A stretch of 64,000 nt of DNA from the human T2T-CHM13v2.0 reference genome, Homo sapiens: NCBI RefSeq assembly GCF_009914755.1, contig NC_060932.1; one strand, 5' to 3'. The position numbers and the translations under genes are program-made. Positions 20,813-35,938 of the stretch are shown in pieces (within the stretch, counting starts at the first letter, position 1; every line of letters starts with the position of its first letter). The notes below the pieces were generated by a model. That model ran no database searches and was not told where the DNA came from. It saw nothing but the letters and a program-made list of their open reading frames with translations.

Positions 20813-23164
20813 ATAGTCTCTGAAGTTTTAAAGTATTTGATTTTTTTTGCAATAGAAAATTGACAATTGAGCTTAAGAGTATTCACTAATACTTTAATAT
20901 TACTTTTAAGTTTATTACTTATGGTCAGTTCCAATTCTAATTAGGGTGATTGTTTTCCTCCAGTTTTGAGTATAGGAATACAAATTATCTCCCTCTCAAA
21001 CCGAGCAAAATAAGCCTGACCATTTCATTAATGCCCGAGATTTGCTTTGTGATCTCAAATGCCTCCATGCAATGGCATGGCAGCCCTGGGAGTGTGCCTC
21101 TCTGATCTCCTACTTCAGGGAGGGTAAGTAACTAAAGGCACAAACTGCTGTGTTCTGACTTCCATTCCTGTGTTCAGGCCAGGGCTCCACTTCCCCTTCA
21201 CTGTTCCCATTGACTGCTCATGGCAGGATACTAAGGCAGGCCCATTTCTGAAGACATAGGACTCCTCTAAAAAGTACCTTTGGCTTAAGCATTCCCTGTT
21301 AGCCTTGCTGAATCTTCCTTATTGCAATGCTGCAAACTAAGCTCTTTGTTCTCTCCTTTATAGGGGTGGGATCATAATGGAGTCTGATGTCTCACCCAGC
21401 CTCCTCCAGCTCCCCATTTTCCCTCACCAGCATTTGACCCAGTACATCTCTTATGTGTCTAATCCTATCTTGGCTTTGGCTTCTCAGATGTCCTGTGCTA
21501 CCAAAAGTAGTATCAAGAATGATCCAAGAAAACAGGTGGTAAGATTGTGATTTGGAATTGACCTACTAACCCTCCAGTGGGCAAAGAGGATATTAACTTG
21601 GTTGATAGGTGGGGTGTGGATAGTCAGTAGCATAAGGTGGTGAGTCAAAGGTGAAAGGTTTCATCGATGGTGACCTGGGAAGATGTCCTGGTGGGGAGGA
21701 AAGATGTTGCAGATGTGATGATTGAAGCATTTGAAACTTATGGAGAGAAAAATGTCCTCAAAGACAGCAGAATTGTTGGCTGTTTACTGCTAAGTTGTAT
21801 TGCTGCTAGCTAAGGGATAATGAGAGCAGTTAAGCAAGCAGTAAATGGCTAAGTGTGGGAGGCAAGAGGCTTTTTGGCATCTTACAAGAAGGCCCTTAAC
21901 TTCTGCAGTGTGGGAGAGCAGACACAGTGGAACAGGTGAAAATCAAATAGTTAGAACTGCAGAGATCCCTAGATGTTTGAATATTCAGTGAAGAATAGGT
22001 TGCCAGCGGTGGGGGCTGGGGGGTTTCGGGGAACACCTGGGACTCTGGGAAAACTTGGGACCCTGAAAACTGGGATGAGGGTATGTAGATGGAGGCCCTT
22101 GAATATATTGTCTAGGCAGACTGCCACCTTCTTTCCCAATCCTTTGGGCTTGCACAAGTGCCCCATCCTTTCTGGTAAGAGCTAGTGCTTCTATTGTGTA
22201 AGAAGATGCTGCAGAGGCCCCTCCTTCACAAGGCAACACATGTTTCCCAGTAGGTGCCCTCATCTCTCACCTGATACTTAAGGTTCAGTCCCAGCATAAC
22301 ATGGGTGGGTACATGCTGGGGACGATTAAGTAAAAAGGAGACTATGCACCAGATGAGCCACAAGAATAAGGCAGTGGGAGCCAGAGGAGGGCACCTTGGC
22401 CTGTACTTTGAGAGTGCTTGATCAAAGGGCTTGGAATGGAAATTTCTCAGAAACTGAGATCTAACACGTTGGCCAGGACCCCAGGGAACAGGGCAAACTC
22501 ACCGTGAGGGTGGTTCTTAGAAGTCTGGGAAGAGTGATGACCAATGCATAGTGAAGGGGAAAATTCTGAGTTGCCTTTAGCAGGAAAGACGTCTGCAACA
22601 GGTCCAGGCTGCAGTGCAAGCAACACTGCTCATTGGTCCATAGGATCAGAGGAAGGGATAAAGAGGCTGAGGGAAGTGGGGGCTTGAGAATGAACCCTAG
22701 GAACATTCAGCCTCCTGCCACTTCAGTGACATTATTTAGGAGGTCTATTAGGGCATGCCAGGACATCTTCACCAAAGTAAAAAAAAAAAAAAAAAAAAAA
22801 GAAGCGGGCATCTCTTATATCCCTACTCCATACAGTAAGCTGAGGATCCTGGCAAACCTCTTTGGGTTCAGGAGACAACACATTCCACAGATAAGAATAC
22901 TGCTGTGCCACATATACTGCCAGCTTTGAGTAGGTCTCAGAGCAGGAAAGGGCACTGCAACAGGTGAAATGGCCTTAGTTCTTAGTCTGCATGACTGGGC
23001 ATATCCAAGCCTTTGGAATGTCAGTGTAGGGAAAAGAAGCAGTAGGAAAAGACAGAGTTTGTATCAAACCCCAGGGAGAGAATCACCTTGCAGCCCCTGG
23101 GATCCTAGAAGAAGATCATGCCAACCACTGCAGAGAGCTACACACCTTTTGAGAAGCTGTTATT

Positions 23165-23401
<237 letters not shown>

Positions 23402-23799
23402 TTATTCCTTTCACCTTCAATAGATTCATCAGCACCCTCTCCCCTCTCACATATAAGGCCATGTGGAAGTTCTCATAGGACCAGCTACAGGAGGAGGGAA
23501 AAGACTGAACTTGGTTTATAGATGAGGTGGGTCTGTATGTAGATGCAAACTGAAAATTGGTGAGGTGGCTTTGAAAGACAGTGGAGAGGGAGAATCTTCC
23601 CAATGGGAAGCAGTGTACCTGGTCATCTACTTTGCAAGGAAGAAGTGGCCTGGGTAAGCATATTTACAGTTCCTGGGCAGTGATCGATGGTCTGGCTATC
23701 TGGCCAGAAGCCTGGGAGGAAAAGGACTGGAAGACAGGGTCGAAGAGGCCTGGGGTAGAAGCTTGTGGGTGCACATATGGGAGCAGGCACAGACTGTGA

Positions 23800-24106
<307 letters not shown>

Positions 24107-25064
24107 AGACTGTGAAGAGTTTTGTATCACATGTTAATGTCCACCAGAAGCCATCCATCATGGGAGAGGCACTGAACAACCAAGTTGACAAAGTGACTCG
24201 GACAGTTGACCTGAATCAGACTGCCATTGGCCACCTCAGAATTGGCAGGATGGGCACAGCAATAGAGTGGCCATGGCAGCAGAGACAGAGGCATCCAACT
24301 AAGGGACCACTTCACAGCAAAGGAGGTGGATGGTGTAAGTAGAACATGAAAACCACACCATCCAAAGACTAGCATCACAGAATACAGAAATAGCTTGTGA
24401 GTCAGTTATGCTCCCGGTAGAAGGAAATTTGAGAGATGCATTTTCATAGCCACCACAGACTCCTATGGGCACTGAACAGCTCTAAGTCTCCACCCAACTG
24501 GCCCACAGATCCAGCTGTGGTGCTCTGAAATCTATCGTCACGTTTGCCCTGCAGGTGGGCTTCTCCTAGGCTGCTCCCAGCCAATAACTGGGTGTGACAG
24601 GGATATTAAGCAGGCTGAACCCTCAAGATGCTGGCCTCTTCTGAAGAGTGACTTTGGCTCAAGGACTCCCCCTAGGCCTGGCTGAAACTTGCTTATAATT
24701 GTGCTGCAGTCTAAGAAGTAACTTCCTTTCTACCTCCCTCCTCTTTCCTCCTCTCTTCCTCACAGGGGCAGACTTGCATCTGAGTCTGATGTCTCCTCCA
24801 CCAGCTCCTTCTCCATTTTCCCTCACTGGCATTTCCTTTAATAAATCTCTTGCACATCTAATTCCACCTTGGAATCTGCTTCTTGGAGGACCCAGACTAA
24901 CACAGATGGCATGTATATGTGCTGGTGGGTGTCTAAGGTAGAAAGGCAACTATGTCAATCTTGCATGCTAAGTGTAGTCAACTGGGAGCAGCTGCCAGGA
25001 GAGTGCTGAGTTGAGAAAGACTCTAGAGCTGTATCTGGCCATTTGAAATAAATACTATGGCCTA

Positions 25065-25352
25065 TTTTTTTTTTTTTAAGACAGGGTCTTGCTCTGTCGC
25101 CCAGGCTGGAGTGCAGTAGCATGATCACAGCCCACTGAAGCCTCGACCTCCTGGGCTCAAGTGATCCTCCAGCCTCAGCGTCCTGAGTAGCTGGGACTAC
25201 AGGTGCATGCCACCAAGCCCAGCTAATTTTTGTATTTTTTCTAGAGATGGGGTTTCACCATGTTGCCTAGGCTGGTCTCTAACTCCTGGGCTCAAGCAAT
25301 CCGCCTGCTTCGGCCTCCTAAAATGCTGGGATTACAGGTGTGAGCTGCTCCC
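25065..25352 (-). mobile_element. AluJ
   Basis: Dimeric antisense Alu. Confidence 0.92.
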
Positions 25353-25499
25353 AGTTGCTATCGTTTATTGGCAAGGTCTACCATGAGGGTTAAAGGAGGA
25401 ACATCTTGATCTTTCATTAGTCACTTCTGCTGAATTTGGATGTTCCCTAAATCTCTATTAAGAAGGGTCATGGTCAGAGAGCTATTGTATGTAAAACTT

Positions 25500-25840
25500 T
25501 TGTTAATGATGAATGATATTTATAATAAGAGTGAATGATTAATGATACTTAATGATTAATGATGATTATAAAAAATAACAGGCCAGGCACAGTGGCTTAT
25601 GCCTGTAATCCTAGCACTTTGGGAGGCCAAGGCAGGAGGATTGCCTGAGGCCAGGAGTTTGAGGCTGCGGTGAGCCATGATGATGCCACTGCACTCCAGC
25701 CTGGGAGATAGACTGAGACTCTATTTCTCAAAAACAAACAAACAAGCAAAATAATAACAATGATTATACATTAATGTAATGATATGATTATGTAATATGA
25801 TTAATGTTAATGCTTAATGATGAATGATATTTATAAAACA
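25500..25840. repeat. Degenerate (TAATGA)-like low-complexity tract with an Alu monomer inserted (25581-25750, +)
   Basis: taatgatgaatgatatttataa occurs at ~25504 and ~25815, with many taatga units. Confidence 0.8.
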
Positions 25841-26182
25841 GTATTCTATCATTGAAAATCCTAAAGTGATACTAAATGCAAGATAATATGTGGCTTAATC
25901 ATATAAGCAATAATTTTCACACTGAAAGATGGTGGGTCACATGGAATCTAGAAAAAAAGATTTAAAGCATAAGGATTTGTTAGTGGTTTCCATCCCTGAC
26001 TTGGGGTGACTGTGCTCTGAGCCAATATGCTGATGTGGTTATTCCTGTTTCTTGGCAGGTCTGTATCATGAAGCCCATCATAACATGATGCCATTCATGA
26101 ATATTAGTCATTCCCCTTTACCTGATTTTATGCTTGCCAATCAATGTTCTGACATTAAGCAGGTTTTAGAAGTAGATTTTCC

Positions 26183-26519
<337 letters not shown>

Positions 26520-28934
26520 CTAGTCAGTCTAGCATTTGATTTCTTTCCTTTAAAAAAAAAAGTACTTTATAAATTATAAAATAATACAAGCTTATCATGA
26601 AATAATATTCAAAAAGTATAAAAGCAAACTTCAAAGTTCACTTGTCATGCACAGCTTCTTTCCAATCCACTCCCTGGGTGTACCAATTTATTTTTTGTTG
26701 TAAGTTAATTGGTTTCTCCATTGAATATCTGATATTCAAGATGTTTTCTTTATGACCTTGTTTAAAAGGAATCTCTTGTGAATTCACTCAGAATGAACTA
26801 ACAAAACCGAGTTTCTTTTTTTCTTTTTCTTTTTTACTTCTTCCTTCATCAAAGTCTTCTTAGCTAAAAAAAAACCTGACCTTCCAAATGCACAAAACTG
26901 AGGGCCAGCCTTTTCATTCAGTCCTTTTGATCTTCATGTTCCAGTGTTTTGTTAAGTCTTTTATGATGGGAAATTTGCTTCGCGAAAAGTGTAAGAGGAG
27001 AACAATTTGGCATAATATGTGTAGTGCTGAATTCACTGAATTTCATGATTTATTCAGTCCTATGAACTACCACTCCCTTATTTTGTGTGTGTTGTACTAC
27101 TTTTTAGTTATTTTCCAAAAGTCTTTTCACCTCTCTTGAATCCCTGCCAAGGATAAAGGATAAAGTAGGAGGTAAGAAAAATAACTTTAGTCCTAGTGCA
27201 AGTCAGTATGCACCTACTTCAACAGTTTTTTAAAAAGATCGCATGAAGACAAATCTGAAATTATGTAGACTGCAGATTGGCTTTTTATTATTATTGGCCA
27301 TTTTCAAACTCAAAGCAATTTCTGATGAGAAAAATTACTTCCCTAATACAAGTACTGTTATGCTTTTAGTGTACATGGAATTTATTACGAAAGATTTTCC
27401 TTACTGGAAAGAGAACATTTGGGTCTGTTTTTGAAAATGCTTTCCCATAAGGATTTAGGGAAAACACCTTGAGCATAAGGTCTCTAAGGGAAAATTACTG
27501 TTTTAGGAACAGAAAAGACAACTTACCTAAATAATGCTAATAATGCAATGAAAATGGATATAATTACGTAATTTAAAAAATGGTTTCACTTAGAGAGGGA
27601 CTACATTATTTTTATAGAGGAACAAAACTTACAAAATATATTCATGTTATTTAAGGCTGATAAGTTTTTTAAAAAATTTCACCACTACCAACGAAAGCTG
27701 ATATGCATTTTTCAGGATAATCTTTTTGATGGGACAAACAATGATGAAAATTAATACAGAAATCTGGTTGACTGTGGGTGTAAAATTAGAGATATTTTCA
27801 TGTAGATTAAACAGATTTTTCTTCCAAAAGAAAATGTGCAATTAATTTGTAGTACATTTATTATTTACCAGTTTTCATAAAATGGAATACAGTTAAGGTA
27901 GTTACAAAAATATATTGTAGAAATATCTTTGGTGAGAGGCTGTGATTTAGTAAATATTGCATTTATTTCAGATAGTCACAGAAGCAAGCTTAGGGTTCAC
28001 ACTGGCACTATTCTCTAAACTTCATTTTCTGATGTTAGAAGTTAGACACAATTTAATAGCTATTTGAGGCAAAAATTTACTGGGCCTGAAACTCTTTATA
28101 TAATAAAGAACCATAGTGGTATGGGAATATCATTTCAGTCATCATACCTGCTAGATTCTTTGACTGATTGATAGGTTTGATCATCTTCTATTTATGGTCA
28201 ATGATTGTTGCTCAAGGAGATTTAATACATTTGTTTCGATTTTTTCTTTTCAAATTTTAACATTACCCTTGAGTTAGGCAAAGTACCAAGGTCGGAATGC
28301 AAATTTACATAGTGCCTTTATATTGAATTTATCCCTGGCTTGGAAGAAACAGCCCTCTGCCCTCATGAAGATATTAGCAGGTTCACTTGGCCTTCTGTTG
28401 TGATTTAATATAGATGCAGAAGATAAAAATCCAATAAAACCATTGTCATGAGTTTATCTACTATGACATTCTGGCATATGATGTCAGTTTGTCCTGGAAA
28501 ATTCAAAATTAATTTTTTTGTCCCTATTTTCATATATGAGAAGTGGAACTTTTAATATCAGCATATAGAAATGGCCTTTTCAATGTCATGTGAGTTGCAA
28601 TAAAGGTTTTGAAGGCATACTTGCTTTCGTGCAAGTGTTATCTCCCGGCTCAACCAGGTGATAAAACCTTATTAATAAATTACAATAAAGGCACTGTAAT
28701 AGACTGGATTGGCACATTTTTGATCTTCTCAACTTACTTATTTCCAGTTCTGATAGGTCTAGTTTCTATAGATCCTACCTAAACATGATTTTGGAAGCCA
28801 GACAAACTGCATTGAAATTTATAAAGATACCACGAATTTGGGGGCACAAATGACATAATGAAATAAACACAAAATCAACTTTTGGGGCCCAATAGAGCTG
28901 AGATGCTTTCCTTAAAATAATTAAGAATCCAAAC

Positions 28935-29728
28935 TAATCACACATATAAACAAGTTTATTAGATTGTCAGTGATACTTTGAGACAAATTCAAGTTATTTC
29001 ATTTTACTTCATATAAACAGAGGAAGGGAGGAAAGTTTTAAACTTCAAGCTTTGTTCAGCATGTGTGCAGTTAGCATCCACAAAAGCACCATTGGGTATG
29101 GGAGAATTAGCACCACAGAATTTTAGGACCTAACTGTTAACATGCATCACTGAAAAACTTGGAACATAAAAACTGAAGTAGTACGTGGTATGGTCTATTA
29201 TAAACAATACAAGGCAATTTATGATTTGTTCTCATACAGTACAATACAATCACAATAAATGAGAACCTTTTAAGAACAATACGGGACAAAAACCACCTTG
29301 CACCCTGTTAACACTAAAGCAGTTACAGATTTAAAAAAATGTTTCTGGTAAGAGGCAGTGGGTTGAAATTATCCCTCCCCCCTCAATTTTTAAATTCAGA
29401 GTTATATAGTTACATGATCTCTTAAGAAAGTATTTTCAAATCTATATGTCTCTCTACCTCAAGGCTGACAAATGGTGGTTTGAAAACGAAAGGCTTGATG
29501 AATTAAAAAAAACAAAACCCAAAAACTGGATAGAGTCGAAAGGTACTTCAATGTGGTGGAAATTATTCAACATAAGATCAGTTTGGAAATGATGCCAGTG
29601 GTGTTGATACTTGTCTTCCCTTCCGTGGAGGAATGTCAAGTACTGAGGCCTTACATTCATGATGAACTTCAGTTCATTTCTTTCACCGAATGCCTTTATT
29701 CTGAGGTGTAACATAAGAGATTTATTCC
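28935..29728 (-). other. Putative 3'UTR of an unidentified minus-strand gene
   Basis: AT-rich and repeat-free; lies between the predicted stop and AATAAA at 28955-28960, which is followed by a GU/U-rich tract. Confidence 0.6.
28955..28960 (-). terminator. Distal polyadenylation signal AATAAA
   Basis: Minus strand reads AATAAActtgtttatatgtgtgattagtttggattctt, with a downstream GU/U-rich element. Confidence 0.55.
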
Positions 29729-29833
29729 TTATTCCTCAACTGTTTTTGTAGTATCATGGGGCTGTTCCTTATGCTTGATTTGACAACAGTGAAAAAGGTT
29801 GATATTCTCTCTGGATTTGGGGTAATTTGTGAG
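29729..29833 (-). CDS. Putative 5' part of the terminal exon (phase-0 reading LTNYPKSRENINLFHCCQIKHKEQPHDTTKTVEE*); frame uncertain
   Basis: Strong acceptor taatattttttctttag at 29834-29850; open frame compatible with the 83-nt upstream exon. Protein not recognised, so this could be untranslated. Confidence 0.5.
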   Translation of the reverse strand, partial: LTNYPKSRENINLFHCCQIKHKEQPHDTTKTVEE

Positions 29834-32800
29834 CTAAAGAAAAAATATTAATTTGAATTTAGCAAACATGAAGTTTTCAAGGGAGTTCCACTATTTTCAC
29901 AGTACAAACCCATAATTAATCTCGTTGAAAACCTTTCTGTTAGAAAGCATGTAACAAACCCTCAATTTTTAGTTGTGTCTAGGCCAATTTTGGCCTATTT
30001 GAAGCTACTGCATAAGAAATGTGTAATAAGGATTGATAGATACAGGTATATTCAGATCTCAATGCATTGATGCCAAGGAAAATATAATTTTACTCACCAA
30101 GAGAAGAATATACCTTGAAGCATCTATGCAGACACATGAATCAATCATGTATCTGCCCACCTTCTAATTCTGGAATAGTGATAACAGGGTCGTTTAGGAA
30201 AAAGTACTCAATTACAGTACGGCAGCAATTTTATGTTGTATATATTTAACAGCAAAACATTTTTGAAAATAGAAATCAGTACTATATGGTAAGTTTACAA
30301 TTCACCATTTCTATATTTGTAATACATGCGTTTATTTGTTTTCCAAGTTTAAAAAAATCCCACTAGGACCAACATCTTTCAGAACAACAATCTAACATTA
30401 AACAAAACTTCCTAAGGAAAATATTTAGCATCACAGAGAGTTGAGAAACGTCTGTTACTCAGCATCACAAAATACTCAATAGGTCTACATTGAAGATTGT
30501 TCATGCCATGACATTAACACACCTTTGGGTTAATATATCTTGTTTTTAAAAGAAAACAAAGAACCAAACCAAACAACTGACATGGAATTTGTGTTTGGTC
30601 TCCCCTTCACAAGGATAGACCTCTGATAAACTTGACTCCTTTCTGTAATCATGTAATGATCAGACTGTCTATGAAACTGCACGTACATTTAGTAAAACAT
30701 TTAAAATTAGAGATGGAAAAATGGCCACCACAGAGAATGACTTAAAGATAAGTAAACTTACAGAAAAATGTGTTTTTGTAAAAGTGTACTGCCCCTCAAG
30801 CAAAAAAGAAAGTGGAGTTTGTCCACTTTGAAATAATTTTCTGTTGAAAAAATTTCTTGGATAAAAGCCTATCCTTATGAATGTCAGAAAGATGTTAAGG
30901 TTTCACTTGAGAGGGTTGAACCCTTTTGAAAAAATTATCCTATGCTTTTTCTGCTGAACTAAATTCCTTGTATAAATCAAGCACTAATTTTCTGAAGAGG
31001 AAACAGCTATACACAGCAGCACATCCATGTTGATGATTTAAATTTGATAGTTCACCAGGCATGGCTGACTTGAGCAAAAAAGAAACAAACAGATGTTTTA
31101 ATGTTTTAGAATTACACTAAAAAATCTCAACTAAAACAAAATTGAATTATAATGGACTGGCTTAATAATTATGATTGCCTTTACATTTGATCAACATTTC
31201 AAGACAAGGCAGTACCAATTAAAAGTGAGATTTAAAAATAAAAACTGTCCAAAAATTGTTCAATGAAAAAGCCTTCAAATTTTACAACATTTTAAAATCT
31301 CAAATGATTGTAGACTAACTTAGACTAACAGTCTTGTTATCACATATACTTTTGTTATTCTTGAGTTTTATTTCTGTATTGTTCATTGGTTATATTGGTA
31401 ACAATTTTTCTGTTAAGTTACAATAGTTTTTGAATTAACACATTATACCATAAGAGGCTTCAGAAAAACATGTAACTAGGATAAATTTATAAAAGGATAA
31501 AGAATAATTTAAGGGATTTTTGACATATTCTATACAGACGAATAGCTAGTTCAAGGTAATAAAGTGCCTTCTTTTCCAGGTAATTAATTTATCATTAAAA
31601 TATTTTAAGGCTTTATAAGAAACTCAGTGCTATCAGAAGTTTGATAGCATATGGAGTTATGTTATTAATTAGCATTCTTTTGTAGTTCTTATTTCATGTA
31701 ATCTTCAATCCCTAAGGTATTAATATATTTTTATAATTAGCAGCTTAAAATTATAAACTTGAATGTCGATTCTGAATTCATTTTGTGGGGAAAGCGAAGG
31801 ATGTATAATTTCTAAATGCTGTGATACACTCATGTTGCTTCTGAACAATATAGTTTATGGCGTAATATACAGCAGCCAATGCCCCTCAGAAAATTCAACA
31901 GAATAGTTAATCCCATGGCAAACAGGGCCATCATTTTATCCATTCATTCATATATCCTGCTATCTTTACATTTAAAATGATCATGCAGGCCTAAACAAAA
32001 AAGGCCAGAGAAAACCTAAGGTAAATTTTTCAGGTACAGGCACAATGAGTATCTTTTATTGCAACAGTTTATGCATAATCTATATTGGTGCCAACACCTA
32101 AAGTTAAACATTTATATTTATTTTTATTTTGTTTCTACTACCCATGGGTGCATGACAGTAAAATACTGGTAACCTAACAGAATGTATGTGTATGGGTATA
32201 TATGTATATATAAAATAGCATATATATATGTGATACTCATAATAATACAGAATTCTGATGCTTCCAAGTCTTGTCATTTCTCTTTAGGGGATATGGGTGT
32301 GTTTTAAGCACTTCTGTGTACTTAGTTGTCTTGGCAGCTCCAGAGTTTAGATAAATTATGACTATATGGACATCAACTACTCAATTATTTATGACCAATG
32401 AAAACTAATTAAAAAGTTTGAATATTCTTTTTCAGGAATTCAGTTATTTTTATCAGAAAATTACTAAAATCAGGCACAAGATTAAGTGGTCATGATACCT
32501 AAAATATTCTTCTGGTTACCACTGGATTAATTTTAAATGGTTCTTAAATTAAAGGTTTTGAAATTAGGATAGAGGAGGAAAGCTAAAACTCATTGCAAAG
32601 AATAGTTTAAGTTAAACATTTTGTGTAATTAGAAAAACAGGAATTACCAGTAGGAAAAAAGTGCTAGTCTTAAAATTGGGTTTGATTTTGACTCTAAAGC
32701 CTAGTAAGAATAATTACTGGGAATTAGAAAAAAATAAAGTGGCATTAACCTTTATAATTGCACATTCCTTTGCCAAAGTGCCACAAGTTGACAAATATTT

Positions 32801-34904
32801 TTCTAAAATGCACAATGCTACTTTTCAAAATGTAAATATATATACAGTTTTACCTTTTTCATACTGGTATAGCACAGATTCATACACTTAGCACAAATAT
32901 AATCAAGGAGATGATACTTTCTAGAATCAGTATAGTCTTTGTTTTTTGTTTTAAACAACTAAGAGACTTTGTGATTATGAGGATTCAAATCCAAATACTA
33001 TATAGTCAAAGCATTACCATAAAACCTGAAAACATCGTGACGGTTTGTTTAGGCGAATTTTAGTAATACTCTGCCATGCAATGTACATAAGTCGTATGTG
33101 TTTTCCTTTAAAATAAAAAAAAACCACACTGGTTTAATTACCCTGTTTTTATCTATTTGTCTACATATACATCTTGTCTCCAGTCACTGAAATGACAATA
33201 TATGTAACAATCAAATTTTGAAAACAGTATTAAACACTGAGGTTTCTAGCCTTAGCTGGTCATTCCTATAAAGTCCAGCAAAAAATATGATGCATGGGTT
33301 ATTAATTTTCATGCTTCTATTTCTTTACTCTAAATAGAAACACTAAATGGAAATGTTCAGAGATAATATAATGACAAAAGGACAGTAGAGAACAAAGCAC
33401 CAACATGTGGAACAAATAAAATAATATGCAACTCTGTGGAGGTTCTCCATCAAATTTGGCAAATCAGGGATGACAGTAAAAAATGAAGATCTCTTACTCA
33501 TGTAATAATCATACTGATATATATTTGCAAATAAATGGAATGCACAGAAAGTTAAATTTTGAATATTTTTGTTGTTTCTGAGTGTGATAAAACTAGAGTT
33601 GCCTCATTATAAACTAAGATTCTCCCCCACCTCAAAATTCTATTGTTCAGAGGAGAGAGAGAATGTAAGATTACGATTCTCTGTGACAGATGACCTGGGC
33701 TCTGCTACACCACAGGCTAAACTCTGCGGTGTAGTGCCCCATTTAATTAGGGTGAAAGCTGGTAAGAACATAAAAGTACTAAAATTAAAATTAGGATTAG
33801 TTCATAGTCAAAGAACATTAAATAACTGTCTAAATGGGTCCCTTCCTTGAGCATCTGAATCTTAGGTATAAGAATGACTATATAGAAGCATGTTAAAGAC
33901 ATGGCCCATTCTATAAATTCATCTTTTGAGGGTGTATAATGGGATATAAATTGGCATCCTCATCTTCTGAGAGAATTAACAAACTTTAAAAACATTAACT
34001 AAAATCAGAAAAGACCAGGCATAATAAATCACTGAACCCAACATACTGGCAAGTTAATCACAGGATATTCATCTTATTTAACAAACCTTCCTACAGTTTC
34101 TGAGTATTAAAATATAATCCGTTGTTTGTGAATAATAGTCTTGGATAGTTTCAGCATTTAAATATTGGAGAAATACTTCCGATAAACATTGAAATACAGA
34201 AATTCTTAATAGAAGCTGCAGATTTATAGAAACTTCATAGTATGTGTGATATTCCAACTATATTTAGCTCACATAATACCCAAAATAATACAACATTCCA
34301 CAATTTATCTTGTTAATACACACACGTATTTTCTTGACTTTGTAAAAGCTAGGCAATTGTATTTACCTAAAATAGCTTTTCCCTGGTAATAGTCCTATAT
34401 CGTTGACATAAATACTGAACATACCTATGAGAATCATTTCTACCCTATAATTTAATATTGTTTTCTTTCATTCAGTTGCTTTGTAGCTCTTTTCATTTCC
34501 AAAGTGCTTCACAACTAATTATAACAGTTATTTCTCACCATATCCCAATGAGCAAGGCAAAGTTAATGCATTGCTTGTGCAGTGGTTCAGGTGCACAGGT
34601 TTATAATGATCTCATGTAGCTTCTCTGCTCTCTGGGCAGTTATCTAGCATTGTCCATGTTGTGAGTACCCGTACTGTATGCTCTTTGGGGCCAAAGACTG
34701 GATCTTGTTGTCTGCTATATTATCCAGACCCAGAGAAATGGTTAGCTCATACCACAGGCAAAATAAATATCTATTGATTTAATGAATGAATGAGAAATGA
34801 GACTGAGAAAACAGAACAAAGAACTTCACTATAACACTCTCCTACCACTAACCCCCACAAAAAGCTGTGCTGGTCCACTTTTGCTTCACCCATACAATGT
34901 GGTA

Positions 34905-35016
34905 GGTAGTATTACTTGTCTTAAAGAATAGGGTAGTATTACTCACTCTTGAAGTGGTACTCTTGAATCGGGTAGTATTACTCTTGAATAGGGTAGTATT
35001 ACTCACGCCTGAATCG
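34905..35016. repeat. Short irregular tandem repeat, core gggtagtattactc(ttgaat)
   Basis: ggtagtattact occurs four times (~34905, 34932, 34971, 34992). Confidence 0.9.
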
Positions 35017-35599
35017 CTATGGCAAAATCCATATGATGTGTTTTCCAGAGAACCAATGACACAATTGACTATTACTACAACTACTTCTAAAACTCTGAAT
35101 TACTCATCTTTACCTTTGCCAAACATTTAAATTAAAAGTTGTGCTTCTGGTAGACTATTCTTTTCTTAAGCTAATTCAGGCATAATGAATCAAGGAAATA
35201 ATCCTCATAGCTGCAATCATTAACATGAATATGGAGACTATCAGAGGGAATGAAAAGGCAGTTATACATATATACAAAGGGGATCTGGGGACTACTAGTT
35301 CTTCATTGTTTTGGAAATTAGGGCAGGAAAGCTAAGACCTGTAAAAAGATAATAATTATATTGAACTATTGAATACCGAGAGGTAAGACTTGATGATGTT
35401 GAAAGTCTCTTCTAGCCCTAAAATTCTATGTTATGCTAACTGGTTCTTCCTCTGATAAGATGGGAATCTGTACAGTATTCAAAATATATTTTCTTTTAAA
35501 AAAGGATAGTTAAATCCCAAAAGTTTGATGTGTTGGAACTCTTGAATAACTGTATTAAACGTTTTCTTTAAACCACCATTACTCCTTCTTTTGCAATGA

Positions 35600-35938
<339 letters not shown>

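Noticed and set aside
25500-25840. ATGATGA motifs suggesting a C/D-box snoRNA
   Set aside because: They are part of a low-complexity TAATGA tract, with no suitably placed CTGA box or terminal stem.
34905-35016. CRISPR-like repeat-spacer appearance
   Set aside because: Repeats are only 12-14 bp, the spacers are short and derived from the repeat itself, there are no cas genes, and the context is human DNA.
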